From the NCBI GenBank assembly GCA_030428825.1, contig JAUIEL010000001.1, positions 1 to 34,757 of the forward strand: a stretch of 34,757 bases of DNA, in the 5' to 3' direction. A program made the translations under genes and the position numbers. Shown here piece by piece: positions 34,608 to 34,757 of this stretch. Position 1 is the first letter of the stretch. Every line of letters begins with the position of its first letter. The notes beneath the pieces are model-generated. The model had not been told where the DNA came from and searched no databases. It saw only the letters and a list, made by a program, of their open reading frames with translations. This DNA comes from a bacterium (lineage in GTDB: Bacteria > Planctomycetota > B15-G4 > JADJEK01).

Positions 34608-34757
34608 CCGGCCGGCGAGCCCCTCCGGGACCGGAATCCGCGGTCCGAGCCCCTTGTCGACGCCGTCGACGAAGCGGCCGCCGCCGAGGTCCGGACACCA
34701 GTTGATACAATAAACTCCCCGAGTGGGGCGATCGGTGCTTCACAGCTACGCCGACGG

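Overview
This is a 34.8-kb, very GC-rich bacterial chromosomal segment (by eye >70% G+C, with strong G/C bias at codon position 3). It is densely coding on both strands. I support 24 protein-coding genes plus a few regulatory elements. I see no rRNA/tRNA, no CRISPR array and no transposase, integrase or phage genes.

Gene order, left to right:
(i) A convergent phosphorelay pair (REC-REC-HPt fragment and REC-histidine kinase), an AraC regulator and an S41 peptidase.
(ii) A run of secreted beta-propeller/repeat proteins (a ~14-unit FG-GAP/VCBS protein, a ~17-repeat ELWxxDGT protein, a small propeller-like protein), plus an orphan secreted protein and a lipoprotein-type RidA.
(iii) An ECF sigma factor translationally coupled (GTGA overlap) to a membrane Ser/Thr kinase with TPR-like repeats, divergent from an FG-GAP propeller protein (6-7 blades).
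(iv) An HD-GYP phosphodiesterase coupled to a 646-aa unknown protein.
(v) A complete rtcR / sigma-54 promoter / rtcB-rtcA RNA-repair module.
(vi) A tightly coupled polyamine module (SEC-C-motif membrane protein, pyruvoyl AdoMet decarboxylase, membrane-anchored spermidine-synthase-like enzyme) behind a locally AT-richer leader with long-range complementarity.
(vii) An operon-like trio of secreted proteins (FG-GAP protein plus two tandem paralogs) and a possibly truncated gene at the right edge.

The most unusual signal is that seven secreted proteins with unrelated N-terminal passenger domains all end in the same ~115-130-aa C-terminal domain, which I cannot name. It starts around [YF]GxGxxG..PxL, has a central LLV.P segment, and ends h.hQAxVxD....G.S.SNGLxhTIG-COOH. 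It looks like a lineage-specific sorting or anchoring tag whose machinery is not in this window.

All functional calls rest on motif recognition by eye; no database search was run. A taxonomic guess (Planctomycetota-, Myxococcota- or Acidobacteriota-like) is inference only.
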